A stretch of DNA of 63,933 bases, counting the filler, from Octopus bimaculoides (Eukaryota): the NCBI RefSeq assembly GCF_001194135.2. It is 7 parts of 7 records of this genome, joined end to end, with 100 filler letters (N's around TTAATTAATTAA, not from the genome) between each part and the next. Parts side by side here need not be neighbours in the genome. Positions count along the whole stretch, not along the records: positions 22,632 to 36,498 come from NC_069008.1; positions 36,599 to 52,593 come from NC_068984.1; 5 more parts are not named here. One strand, 5' to 3'. The position numbers and the translations under genes were made by a program. Positions 27,286 through 39,754 of the stretch are shown piece by piece. Numbering within the stretch: position 1 is the stretch's first letter; every line of letters starts with the position of its first letter. The notes beneath the pieces were generated by a model, which worked only from the letters and a program-made list of their open reading frames with translations, was not told the DNA's origin and made no database searches.

Positions 27286-27665
27286 TGTGGAAGCGCAATA
27301 GCCCAGTGGTTAGGGCAGCGGACTCGCGATCATAGGATCGCGGTTTCGATTCCCAGACCGGGCGTTGTGAGTGTTTATTGAGCGAAAACACCTAAAGCCC
27401 CACGAGGCTCCGGCGGGGGATGGTGGCAAACCCTGCTGTACTCTTCCACCACAATTTTTATCTCATTCTTACTTTCTGTTTCTGTTGTGCCTGTAATTCA
27501 AAGGGGCCAGCCTTGTCACACTGAATATCCCCGAGAACTACGTTAAAGCTACACGTATCTGTGGAGTGCTCAGCCACTTGCACGTTAATTTCACGAGCAG
27601 GCTGTTCTGTTGATTGGATCAACTGGAACCCTCAATGTCATTAGCGACGGAGTGCCAACAACAAT
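27286..27665 (+). mobile_element. SINE family C (tRNA-Arg-like head), near full length
   Basis: gcgcaatagcccagtggttagggcagcggactcgcg...ggtttcgattccc head; body ...ggagtgctcagccacttgcacgttaatttcacgagcagg...; tail acaacaa. Confidence 0.85.
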
Positions 27666-28221
27666 CTATTCATCTATCTATCTACTCTATTTTCCACTCA
27701 ACATAGTATATAGTATAAACATGTTGTATAAGCATTCAAACATTGATCCTTTCTTTCCAAATCCTGTTGCATCTCACGTGGAATTTGGGGTCCTCCAAAA
27801 TTGACCTATTTTCTTTTTAGCTGTAAATTTTTTTCTGTAAAACCTGATTAATATGCAGGAAAATATGGTATCTTATTTATCCATCTGTCTGTAAATGAAA
27901 ATTACATTAATCCATTAATGTGTGAAACCTGGTCTACAACTAATTCTTTATTTTTGTATATTTTCTTTTGTCTTGCTCGTTCAAGTTCTGGTGTGCACTG
28001 AATTTCCCTGGAGAACATTCTTTTCTTTTGTGGTTTGATCGTTGATGGTCGATTTCTAGCACAATAGATGTCCACTTAGTGGTCATCCCTTCTCACATGT
28101 ATGTAATACAATCTTTCTGAATTTTCAGAATTTTCTTTATACTAGGCCACTGGTTTTAAATTGATGTTAAATTAAATTAAAATCCAATTTATCACCCTTA
28201 TTATTTTAATTATATATATAC

Positions 28222-28423
28222 CGCCTGATTGGCCTTCGTGCGGGTGACACGTAAAAGCGCCCACTACACTCTTGGAGTGGTTGGCGTTAGGAAGGGCATC
28301 CAGCTGTAGAAACTCTGCCAAATTAGATTGTAGCCTGGTGTTGCCATCCGGTTTCACCAGTCCTCAGTCAAATCGTCCAACCCATGCTAGCATGGAAAGC
28401 GGACGTTAAACGATGATGATGAT
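28222..28423 (+). mobile_element. Repeat family D (RTE-type 3' tail ending in (GAT)n)
   Basis: ggttggcgttaggaagggcatccagctgtagaaac...catgctagcatggaaagcggacgttaaacgatgatgatg. Other copies at 30092-30355(-), 30462-30669(+), 32440-32848(+) and 35846-35990(+). Confidence 0.8.
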
Positions 28424-28979
28424 ATATGTGTGTCTATCTATCTATCTATCTATAGTATTTTCTGTCATACAAGTCAATGGTAGGTATTTAGTGTAAACAT
28501 TGAAACACAATCATTATCCTTCTAAATCCAGCTGCATTTCTCATAGAATTTTTGGTCCTCTAAAATCATCTTCATGTAGAAGTCAACCTGCCTTTTTCAC
28601 CTTTTTGGTTTTAAATTTTGGTCCGAAAAATTGGACTTGTATACCACAAAACATGGCAGACAAACAGACAGAAAGATGAAGAGGACAAGAGAGAGACAAA
28701 GGGACAGATAGACAGTACGCAAGACAATGTAGTAGATAGTGTATATATGTAGGGTAAATATTCAAAACATTGTGAATGCCTTTTAAAAGCCTCTCGCGTT
28801 TTGAATGGAACTTTTGTTCATCCAAACTTGTCTTAGGATATAAGTTGACCTACCTCTTTTTTCTACTGTATATTTTGGTCTGAAGAATTTGATTTATATG
28901 CTGGAAAATACAATATATATATATATATAGATACATATTTTTTTTCTGTCTGTCTATCTATCTATTTTTCTTATTTCTT

Positions 28980-29200
28980 TATTGCCCACAAGGGGGCTAA
29001 ACATAGAGGGGACAAACAAGGACAAAGGGATTAAGTTAATTACAGTGACTCCAGTGCGTAGCTGGCACTTAATTTATTGACCTCGAAAGGATGAAAGGCA
29101 AAGTCGACCTCAGCGGAATTTGAACTCAGAACATAACGCCAGACGAAATACTACCAAGCATTTCGCCCGTCATAGTAACGTTTCTGCCAGCTCACCACCT
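28980..29200 (-). mobile_element. SINE family A, variant tail
   Basis: Core gaaggatgaaaggcaaagtcgacctcagcggaatttgaactcaga and head ctgccagctcaccacc. Confidence 0.8.
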
Positions 29201-29204
29201 TTTA

Positions 29205-29350
29205 TCTATTTTTCTGTCCGACTGTCTATCTATTTATCTATTTTCTGTCCGTCTATCTATCCATCTATCTATTTTTCAGTCCATCGGTCTATCTATCTAT
29301 CTCACCCTAATCTATTTTTCTGTCCATCTGTCTATCTATTTTTCTGTCCG

Positions 29351-29383
<33 letters not shown>

Positions 29384-29490
29384 TTTCTGTCCGTCTATCT
29401 ATTTTTCTGTCCATCTATCTATCTCACCCTAATCTATTTTTCTGTCCATCTGTCTGTCTATTTTTCTGTCCGTCTATCAATCTATCTTCT
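29205..29490 (+). repeat. Minisatellite, unit ~ tatttttctgtcc(g/a)tctatc(tatc)n
   Basis: About nine imperfect units visible. Confidence 0.8.
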
Positions 29491-30091
29491 ACCTACCTAC
29501 CTACTGACTGTACTTTCATTCGTACAGTCAACATAATATATAGTCCATATATGTAGAGTAAATACTCAAGTGTCATAACTATCTTTCAAAATCCTGCTGT
29601 ATTTCAATGGAGTTTTTGGTCCCAAAGTCTTCTTGGTGTATAAGTCCACCTATCTTTTCTGGCTGTAAGTTTTGCTGTGAAAACTTTTATGCTGGAAAGT
29701 ACAGTAAGACATCAAGTTTTTATGAGAAGGAAATCTAGTCTTTTTTCTTTAATTCCTTTTTTTTTATTATTACTTTTAGCTTTATTTTATTTCAACTTTT
29801 CCACCCCAAGTTCTTTTGGGGGTTTTTTTTGTCTTTTTTTTTTAATGGGGTTGTTTGAAACTTACCATTGCTGTGTGTTCATCTCCATATGTAAAAAGGG
29901 GTAGAATTTACCCTTCTGGGACAGATACAAGCAGGAATTTCTCTGGTACAGCAATTGAAGGAACAAATGAAACGTAAAAAACTTAAAAGTCATCTAGAGC
30001 ACACACAAATATATACACATATATATACATTATGTATATAAAGAAAGAGAGACAGAGAGACTCACAGACAGATAGACAAACACACACACAT

Positions 30092-30669
30092 CATCATCGT
30101 CGTTTAACATCCGCTTTCCATGCTGGCATGGGTTGGATGGTTTGACTGAGGACTAGTGGCCCAGATGGCTACACCAGGCTCCAATCTGATTTGGCAGAGT
30201 TTCTACANNNNNNNNNNGATGGCTACACCAGGCTCCAATCTGATTTGGCAGAGTTTCTACAGCTGGATGCCCTTCCTAACGCCAACCACTCAGAGAGTGT
30301 AGTGGGTGCTTTTACGTGCCACCGGCACGAAGGCTGATCAGGCGGTACTGGCAACACACACACACATATATATATATATACACACACACATATACATACA
30401 TACATATATATATATACACACATATATACATATATATATATATACATATACACACACATGCCATTGCCAGTACCGCCTGACTGGCCCTTGTGCCGGTGGT
30501 ACGTAAAAGCACCCACTACACTCTCGGAGTGGTTGGCGTTAGGAAGGGCATCCAGCTGTAGAAACTTTGCCAAATCAGATTGGAGCCTGGTGCAGCCATC
30601 TGGTTTCACCAGTTCTCAGTCAAACTGTCCAACCCATGCCAGCATGGAAAGTGGACGTTAAACGATGAT
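30092..30669. repeat. Inverted pair of family D elements separated by a TA/CA microsatellite
   Basis: 30092-30355 is the reverse complement of 30462-30669 (excluding the gap-associated duplication). Confidence 0.85.
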
Positions 30670-30714
30670 CACACACACAGAGTTTGCCAAAAAATGTATA
30701 CACTTCAGGAGACA

Positions 30715-30726
30715 GAGAAGAAAGTC

Positions 30727-30775
<49 letters not shown>

Positions 30776-31345
30776 TGAATAGAGAAGAGAGAGAGGGGAG
30801 AGAAAGAGAAACAGACAGACAAACAGATATATCGAGAGAAGAGAATCAGAGTGAGAAAGAGAGAGGAAGAAAGGAGAGAGAGGGAGAAAGAAGGAGAGAG
30901 ATAAACATAATTATATGAAGAGAAAAAACAGAGAGAGAGAAAAGAGTAAGAGAGGGAGAGAGAGAGACAGACAGACTGACAGACAGATATAAATAGAGAC
31001 ATAGGAGAGAGAGAGAGACAGACAGATAGACAGATAGATATAAATAGAGACATAGAGAGAGAGAGAGAGAGGGAGAAAAAGGAGAGAGAGACAGACAAAC
31101 AGATATATATATATATATATGGAACAAAGAGAGTCAGAGTGAGAGAGAGAGAGGGGAGAAAGAAAGAGAGAGAGAAATAGGTATAAATACACACAGAAGA
31201 GACAGAGAGGGGAGAACAAGGGAGAGAGAGAGAGGAAGAAAGGAGAAAGAGAGGGATATGTATATATGTATACGACACAGAAGTGAGAGAGACACACAGA
31301 CATACACACACGTAGAAGTGACAGAGAGACAGAGAGGCACCGAGA
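30715..31345. repeat. (GA)n/(GACA)n purine-rich low-complexity tract
   Basis: Direct inspection; a (GATA)n tract follows at 31860-32065. Confidence 0.95.
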
Positions 31346-31980
31346 GAGGGAACAGAAAACACGGCCGGGTCGGTTTTTTTTTCTTTTTCCTTCCGTAGTA
31401 TTTTCGGGGACGTCCACGATGCGGTGAGGAAGCAGAAAAGACTTGCGGTGGCGTAGCAGACGATGGTTATTAATCATGGTGCCGTCGCAGAAGAAGATTG
31501 TGCTGTTTGGAGAGACCAGTCGATTACGTGTATTCTCAAGCAATAACAACTCAGTTTGGTATTATTAACCTAAGAATACCCGTTGTCAACGCGGCTCTTT
31601 CGCTTCTCTGTCGGGGGTTTGTTTTGCTTTGCTATGTTTAAATGCCGAATGGATCTCTTTCCTGCACCCATTCTCCACCACCTTGGTATGACTGGCCCTC
31701 GTTGGAATGGTTGCATGGGCAGTCACCGATGATGATTTTGCTACTTTCTTTCTTTCTTTCGTCATTTTTCCTTCTTAACTGTACGTCCGTCCTTATGTGC
31801 ATGTGTGTACATGTGTCTCACTCTTTTTGTGTTGTATCTGTAATGAGAGATAGAAAGTTAGTTAGATGGATAGATAGATAGATAGATAGATAGATAGAAA
31901 AGATAGACATAGAGACAGGGAGAGAGACAGACAGAGAAATAGATAGAAAGATAGATAGAGACACAGAGACAGACATAGAG

Positions 31981-32019
<39 letters not shown>

Positions 32020-33014
32020 GTTAGGTAGATAGATAGACAGATAGATAGATAGATAGATAGATAAATATGAAAGCATATATAACTGTACAGAAACACACAT
32101 GTAAATAGCTACACATACAAAAATAATCTTTTGATGTTTTATCTTTTACTTGTTTCAGTCATTAGACTGTGGCCCAGCTGGGGCACTTGAAGGGTTCAGT
32201 CAAACAAACCAACCCTGTATACTTATTGTCTGATATTTATTCTATCAGTATCAGGGACACAAACAAACCAACACCAGTGGGACAAGGAATAAACACAAAC
32301 AAACACACACACACAATAGGCTTCTTTTAGTTTCCATGTAACAAATTCGTTCACAAGTCATTTGTTGATAATAATTAACTAAAAGACTTTTCCAGGTGAT
32401 GCTATTGAGTAAGTCATCGCCTGGGCCAATAATGGACAAAAGCCAACGACAGTACCGCCTGATTGGCACTTGGCTCTGGTGCTGGCGGCACGTAAAATGC
32501 ACCATTTGAGCGTGATTCTTGCCAAAGTCGCCTTACCAGCACGTGTGCCGGTAGCACGTGAAAAACAACATTCGAGCATGGTCGTTGCCAGTGCCACCGG
32601 ACTGGCTCCTGTGCAGGTAACATGTAAAAAATACCTTTTGAGTGTGGTCGTTGCCAGAACTGCCTGACTGGCACATAAAAGCAGCCCATACACTCTTGGA
32701 GTGGTTGGCGTTAGGAAGGGCATCCAGCTGTAGAAACTCTGCCCAATCAGATTGGAGACTGGTGCAGCCAGTCCTCAGTCAAACCGTCCAACTCATGCCA
32801 GCATGGAAAGCGGACGTTAAACGACGATGATGATGATGATGATGATGATATATATATATATGTATTTGACCAAATGGAAGAGCTAGTTTGTATTATTTGA
32901 TGCTGACAAAGTCTCAGGTGTTACATCAGAGTTTTCTTTCCTTAGAGAGACGTGTAAGCAAGGATCAAGGGTGTGAGCATGCTTGTATAAAGGGTCCCCT
33001 TTGGTCATGAATAC

Positions 33015-33420
33015 ATAAAAGGGTAAAGGGTAAAGACCCTCTTTTGGTCCTGAATGACCATGGGACTGCACCTAGAAAGTTCCCCTCTGAGGCACAAGTT
33101 CAGGCAAAGTTGTTTATGGAAGACCAGAAGTCACTCATGCATACCGGTTTCTTCTCTCCACACCACTGATGTTAGTCAAGTGAAAGGCAAAGGGGCCGAT
33201 ACAGCTTGGCACCTGTGACGTCACAACTCATTTCTACAGCTGAGTGAACTGGAGCAACCCACTTTCTACAGATGGATGAACTGGAGTGACTGGAGCACTT
33301 TGTTTCACTCATTTCTACAGATGAGTGAAATGAAGTGTCTTGCTCAAGAACACAACACATCGCCTAGTCCAGTAGTTGAACTCACTACCTCATGATTGTG
33401 AGCCTAACTGCTGAGCTGTA
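33015..33420 (-). mobile_element. SINE family E
   Basis: Minus strand has tgtgttcttgagcaagacacttcatttcac and a tail ending ctttaccctttacccttt; partial relatives at ~41570-41745 and ~42988-43100. Confidence 0.65.
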
Positions 33421-33936
33421 TACCTTAACTTCTTAATCCATTGGCCATACTGTACCTACCCCTACAATGTCCAGTCCTTGTTGTCGTATGGTGGCTTTTA
33501 ACAGGATGTTTCAAGGTTCCTGAGAACTATGTCAGTGGAGTGTAAAGCTACTGGTGAAGGTCTACCATACTGGACAGGTCAAAGGTTAGAGATTAGAACA
33601 ATATGGATTACCTCTTGGCAGAGGTAAAAATGGGGTTGTGTAGAGTCGAAATCCCTACCTAGCAAAGAAAAACAAAATTAGAGAAACAATTCAAAATCTA
33701 CACGACCTGGGAGAGAAAGGCCTTCCCTTAAGCAGAACATAAGGAGTCATCGAGCAAAAACACTGCAAGGAAAAAACAGGGATCCAACAGGAGAGAGGCA
33801 GAAAAGATTGTACAGAGTCAAAACCAGAGAGAGAAGAGTCACTGATAGCCTCAGTTCCAGAGGGAGGAAAGGGCTTTGGGGATCTAAGTGATATAGCATC
33901 TATCATTTTATAAAATATCTGGCATGAAGTGTATTT

Positions 33937-34185
33937 TACAAGGTTATATCAAAAAGTTCCCTGACTAGTTCTATGGTGTGCCAACAGATGGCAGCACATA
34001 GTTGTGGGTGCTGAGAGAGCTAGGAGGGACCTTCATGAGGCAGTGTGTTGAGTGACATTGTGACATTGTTGTGTTTACTTTGTAAGTTGGTAAATTTCTG
34101 TTTTTGTGATTACGTATATACTGTAGTCTGCAATTTCGTTATGGATAAGAACAAAGAGCCAACATGAAATTTTGTGTTAAACTTG
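33937..34185 (+). mobile_element. Mariner 5' end (TIR plus start of transposase)
   Basis: tacaaggttatatcaaaaagttcc TIR-like start and EQRANMKFCVKLG (EQRxxIKFCxKLG motif) just before the inverted-repeat block. Confidence 0.55.
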
Positions 34186-34270
34186 GGGTTAGTAGCCTGC
34201 GCTCTTAACCACTACACCATATGCCCATAGCATATAGCATGATCGATGGCTTTGATAGTAGAGCCCCAAG

Positions 34271-34314
34271 ACACCTGATGAAGGCTGGAGGGTATATCAG
34301 CCGAAATGTTGTGT
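34271..34314 (+). ncRNA. Type I minimal hammerhead ribozyme motif
   Basis: Stem I acac/gtgt; CUGAUGA plus extra A; stem II ggcug/cagcc; GAAA; UG-UU (family consensus CG-UU, palindromic AACGTT); NUH triplet GUU. Structure read by eye; activity untested. Confidence 0.65.
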
Positions 34315-34486
34315 TAACAACAAACAAGATGAGGACAAATATCCGTCAAATGTAAATAATGTAAATAATGTACATAATTCCTCATCTCTTAAATAGAGAA
34401 CTATACAAGGTGGTATCTAAAGGTTCCCAGGTGTCTTGGGGCTATACTATCAAAGCCATCGATCATGCTATATGTTATGGGCATAT

Positions 34487-34556
34487 GGTGTAGTGGTTAA
34501 GAGCGTGGGCTACTAACCCCAAGATTCTGAGTTCAATTCCAGGCAGTGACCTGAAT

Positions 34557-34587
<31 letters not shown>

Positions 34588-34735
34588 GCAACAACAACAT
34601 TGAAAAATACCTTAAGAATGAGAACCCAGGTTCGAAATTTCCCCAAGACACCTAATGAAGGCTGGAGGGTATGTCAGCCGAAACATTGTGTTAACAACAA
34701 AGATGAGGACAAATATCCATCAAATGTAAATGATG
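34487..34735 (+). mobile_element. tRNA-headed SINE-like element with 3' hammerhead motif, copy 2
   Basis: Box A tggtgtagtgg, box B gagttcaattcc, (AAT)n linker, HHR motif with G5>A and CpG-type mutations. Confidence 0.75.
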
Positions 34736-34934
34736 TACCACTTTGTATAGCTCAATCAGAAAAGGGTAGCATCATTTAACTTTTAGTATGATCTCTGAGA
34801 TTAGGTGTTAGGTAAAATGAGGAAGAAAAAAAAAACCCAACAAAATATACTCAAAGTAGAATGCAACAGAAAGCAGCACCTCAAGATATCAACATTTTGT
34901 CATGAGACCAGGTTTTCTGGCCCCTCCAAAGGTT

Positions 34935-35270
34935 TGCAACATATTGACCTCAACATCATGGAATTTGTCAGCTCTTTCATTTATCTGGGATCCATAGTCA
35001 ATAACAATGGAGACCTGATCCTGGGGATCAATTACACATGTGGCCTGGCTGCTGGGGTCATGCACTTCCTATGAAAATCCCTTTGGCAAAACTGCTCTGT
35101 CTCTTGGAAGATGAAACTCTGCATCTACAATGCATTAGTCCTCTCCGTTCTCCTCTATGGAGCAGAAATGTGGCCCTTCACAAAGACTCTTGCAAAGATA
35201 ATTGATGGCTTTGATAGTAGAGCCCTGAGGTCCATCAAGAACACCAGATGGTACTGTCATGTGTGCATGC
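34935..35270 (+). mobile_element. RTE-clade LINE reverse-transcriptase C-terminal remnant
   Basis: EFVSSFIYLGSIV...KLCIYNALVLSVLLYGAEMWPFTKTLAKIIDGFDSRALRSI (YLGS and LLYGxExW motifs); in-frame stop present. Confidence 0.8.
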
Positions 35271-35371
35271 ATCAGCCTGAAACATCCCACCTCGGTAGTA
35301 TTATATTGTTCATTTGTGATCATCCATGGATATATAAATTTAAAGAATGGAGTAAACGCATGTTATAACTG

Positions 35372-35472
35372 CATACTTTTATTCCGACATGTGTTTCGAA
35401 GAATTACAATTTATGCGATCCATAGGAATCGGCGATGTTAAAAATGTAAACTTCTCCTCAGGGAAAAGTATG
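35372..35472 (-). ncRNA. Type I hammerhead ribozyme motif with long stem II
   Basis: Minus strand catactttt-cc CUGAGGA gaag...cttc GAAA cacatg UC gg-aat-aaaagtatg: intact core, extended stem I, GUC cleavage triplet. Confidence 0.7.
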
Positions 35473-35789
35473 AGAACCAGCTTAAATGTAAGACATTATA
35501 ATCGAGTATGAGAACTATAGTTAGAGAAGGTTATAACGTAATTCATTTGAAAAAAACCATTAGAAAATAGTCCGTTGGACAAGAAGTGAAGAAGAGAAAA
35601 GAAAAAAGAAAAAAAAGGGGGAAAAAAATTCAGAGTGTAGAATTAGGAGACGGTAGGATAATATAAATCCGATAAAAATTGGAGAGGAATGTTATGTAAT
35701 AAAAAGGCATTATAAATGGGGTTAATCTTGTGTATACCCACATAAGCACATACATAAACACACATGTATACATAAACGTGCAAACACAC

Positions 35790-35850
<61 letters not shown>

Positions 35851-36932
35851 CACTGTAAAGTGGTTGGCATTTGGAAGGGCATCCAACTGTAAAATCCATG
35901 CCAAAGCAAACACAGAAGTCTGGTACAGGCTCCTGCCAGACCAGTTCCTGTCAAACCGTCCAACCCATGCCAGGATGGAGGGTGGACGATATATATATGG
36001 TTCAAATGTACAAAAGACAGAGACGGGTGAAGGACAAACAAGCAGGTATACTAGTCTGATGTTCTGAAAAAAATAGAGGAGTCTTTGACGTTTTGAGTCT
36101 ATGCTCTTCAACAATATGATGAAATGACCGGAAGGAAGAGACCAATGGAAGGGGAAACAATAGTGACTTGGCTAAATTGGGGTAGCAACCGCATGTGCAT
36201 GTGAGGTGTGTGTGTGTGTCTTTGTTCCCCCGTCACCATTTGACGACCGGTGTTGATGTGTTTACGTCTCCGTAATCTAGCGGCTCAGCAAAAGTGACTG
36301 ATAGAATAAGTACTAAGCTTAAGAAACAAGACCTGGGGGGGGAGGTCGATTTGTTCAACTAGCACGCTTCAAGGTGGTGCTCCAGCACGGTCGCAGTCAA
36401 TCGACTGCAACAAATAAAACGAATAAAATAATTATATGAATTGCTTGGGGGGGTGGGGAGCAAAAAGTGGGGAACGGTCGATGGGGAGCCTGGCCTGGNN
36501 NNNNNNNNNNNNNNNNNNNNNNNNNNNNNNNNNNNNNNNNNNTTAATTAATTAANNNNNNNNNNNNNNNNNNNNNNNNNNNNNNNNNNNNNNNNNNNNTA
36601 TATATATATATATATATATATGCATATACATGCATATACATGCATGCACACACAAGCATATTTATATATAGGTATACGTATAATGACATATATTATACAC
36701 ACACACACATGCTCACACACATATATAGGCTGTTGGCTGAATGTATGCAGATACATATATTTTTGCGTCTATGTATGCTTGCGTATTTGTATATATATGT
36801 ATATATATGTGTGTACATGTGTGCATACATATACGCATACACACATACACACACAAACGCGCAAGCACATACACTCATATATATTTATAAGCATCTATGT
36901 ATATGAATTTATGCCTATATGCGTATATATAT

Positions 36933-36968
<36 letters not shown>

Positions 36969-37224
36969 TTATACATATATTATGAATATTTGTATACGTA
37001 TATGTGTTTGTGTCTGTGTTTGTGCATGTGTGTATGTGTGTGTGTGTGAATGTGAGTGTGTGCGCACGCGTGTGTATACAGAACTTACGTTCCGTTTATC
37101 TTTTAGAATTGAACTGAACTTACAAACAGAATATGCGCACATTCACTCACAAACGTAAAACCTCCTACCGTACTCACACACTCACCTGTATACATACGCA
37201 ATTTGTAAAATGTATATATGCATT

Positions 37225-37300
<76 letters not shown>

Positions 37301-38047
37301 CACGTTTGTATAAGTACGTATGTGTATTTGGGTGTTAGTGTTTATTTTGAGGTACAAAGCTTAGAAGTGCACAATAAGATTTTGCGTTAGAAGTGTGTAC
37401 AGTCTGTTATATGCTTAACGTATTTGTATGAAAAACTCTGAATCCACGTTGGAACTATGGTTTCGTTCATTTGATAATTTCTCTGACTGTGCACATTAAT
37501 GGATTAATCAGAAATGACGTGGTCACTTAAAAACGAAGGAGCCGTATATGTATGTATATTTAACCCAAAATGTCTGCTGAACGAAAATGCGGCTCAGAAA
37601 TACAATCTGTGTTTATATTACACGTAACTAAGTTATATAAATACATACATACATACATACATACATACATACATACATACATACATACATACATACCTAC
37701 ATATACGTAGATATATGTATGTGTGTGTGGTTGTGTGTGCATGTGTGCGCGCGAGCGAGCGTGTATGTGTGTGTGTGTGTGTGTATGTATATGTGTGTGA
37801 GTGTGTGTGATGAATGTGTTAGTGTATATGTGTGTGTGTGTGTACTGCTGACGTTAAAAGAATTTTGAAGCTTCGACAATCTATATGTGAAATAAATCTT
37901 TTTGGGAACGGTGGATCTCGACGCAGATGAAGCTATAAATAACATGTACAATTATTGGGTTAAAAATACATTGGATAGAAAACGGTGAAGGCTGCCTATG
38001 GGCAACTTTATCTGTTTCGAGAGTCACCATTCCAACACACACACACA

Positions 38048-38106
<59 letters not shown>

Positions 38107-38671
38107 NNNNNNNNNNNNNNNNNNNNNNNNNNNNNNNNNNNNNNNNNNNNNNNNNNNNNNNNNNNNNNNNNNNNNNNNNNNNNNNNNNNNNNNNNNNNNN
38201 NNNNNNNNNNNNNNNNNNNNNNNNNNNNNNNNNNNNNNNNNNNNNNNNNNNNNNNNNNNNNNNNNNNNNNNNNNNNNNNNNNNNNNNNNNNNNNNNNNNN
38301 NNNNNNNNNNNNNNNNNNNNNNNNNNNNNNNNNNNNNNNTAATCTATCTATCATCAATCGATTGAAAAATTAGGGAATAGTCCCACATCTTTATCTTCTT
38401 CACAGCCACAATAACTGACTGCCAAAAGAAAAGAGTTTGACTGAAATGGTCCATTATACACGTACGCGCACTCTCTCTCACACACACACGCATTATTCTT
38501 AAACAAGAATGTTGTTGACAGTGACTTCGATGTTTGGGCCAAACAATATATATATATATATACGCCAAACAATATATATATATATATATATATATACGTC
38601 TTTCAAGAATCTTGATGTGAAATCGAGTGTTGAAACAGATATTGTAATATTTCGGGGTTATTCTTTTATTG

Positions 38672-39087
38672 TTTTATTTGATTCAGTCATTTGACTGTAA
38701 CCATGCTGGAGCACCACCTTTTAGTCTAAGAAATCGATCCCTGGACTTATTCTTTGTAAGCCTGGTGCTTATTCTATCGATCTCTGCTGAACCACCAAGT
38801 TATGAGAGCGTAAACACACCAACATCGGTTGTCAAGTGATGGTGGGTGGGACGAACACACACATGTAAATACACACACACACTCCCCCAACATATATATG
38901 TATATGTATATATATGTATATGTATATATATACGATGGGCTTCTTTCAGTTTCAGTGTACCGAATCCACTCACAAGGTTTTGGTCGGCCCGAGCCTATAG
39001 TAGAAGACACTTGCTCAAGGTGCCACGCAGCGCGACTAAACCCGGAACCATGTGGTTGGGAAGCAAGCTTCTTACCACACAGCCCTG
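38672..39087 (-). mobile_element. SINE family B
   Basis: Full tail-to-head match with an expanded internal microsatellite. Confidence 0.85.
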
Positions 39088-39754
39088 CCTCAGGATGTGT
39101 GACGAAAGACTTCCTGATAAAGGACATAAAATATGAAGAATAATATATCTGAAGTGAAGAGCGTTTATTGTTTGTTTCTACTTTATATTGCTTCGCTTTT
39201 CAAGCATGTACTTTCGCTTGTTCGACACTGTGTGTTAGTTTTCGTTTCTTTGTTTCTTCTATGCCTTAAAGTTTACTTATATCATTTGCATGACTTTTAC
39301 CCCCTCCCCCTCTCTCTCTTATTTTCTTCCCATCGTGTTTGCGGCAACCTAACCACTTGACCACACGCCTTCATATATATATATAGAGCTATTTTCTTAG
39401 CTTACTTTGAATTTAGCCCATTTTGGATTGTCTCGATAGCGTTGTGTAGGCATATATTTTTGGATATTCCAATTTGACTGATATTTTATACTTTATTTTT
39501 CTGCATTTAAACACGCTGGCACAATAGAAACGACCGTTGGTAATGTAAGGTGTAATCCTCAATTAAGGACGTGATTTTCTTCAGTTTTGTTCTTCTATGT
39601 ATGTATGTATGTATGTATGTATGTATGTATGTATGTATGTGTGTATGTATGTAGTTCAGTACCCTAGAAGTTCTTTTATCTTAAAACTGCAATTAGCGAA
39701 TTCAAACAATTGTTTGTCTATTTCGTTCGATTCGTATCTCGATTTGTTTAAAAT

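Larger units (their letters stand above)
27170..29706 (+). repeat. Cluster of ~5 diverged ~100-130-bp MITE-like repeats
   Basis: Recurring (g/t)gtataagt..acct...ttttct..ctgta(a/t)attt...tatgctggaaa.tac motif at ~27170, 27755, 28520, 28825 and 29590. Confidence 0.5.

Noticed and set aside
27286-27365. tRNA-like sequences (here and at other SINE heads)
   Set aside because: Lack a complete cloverleaf acceptor stem and continue into SINE bodies; not functional tRNA genes.
30150-30250. Tandem duplication of ~40 bp around a 10-N gap in a family D copy
   Set aside because: Typical unmerged contig overlap; assembly artefact.
32450-32690. Three ~70-bp repeated units with variable spacing, superficially CRISPR-like
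   Set aside because: Internal tandem repeats of a family D element in animal DNA; no unique spacers or cas genes.
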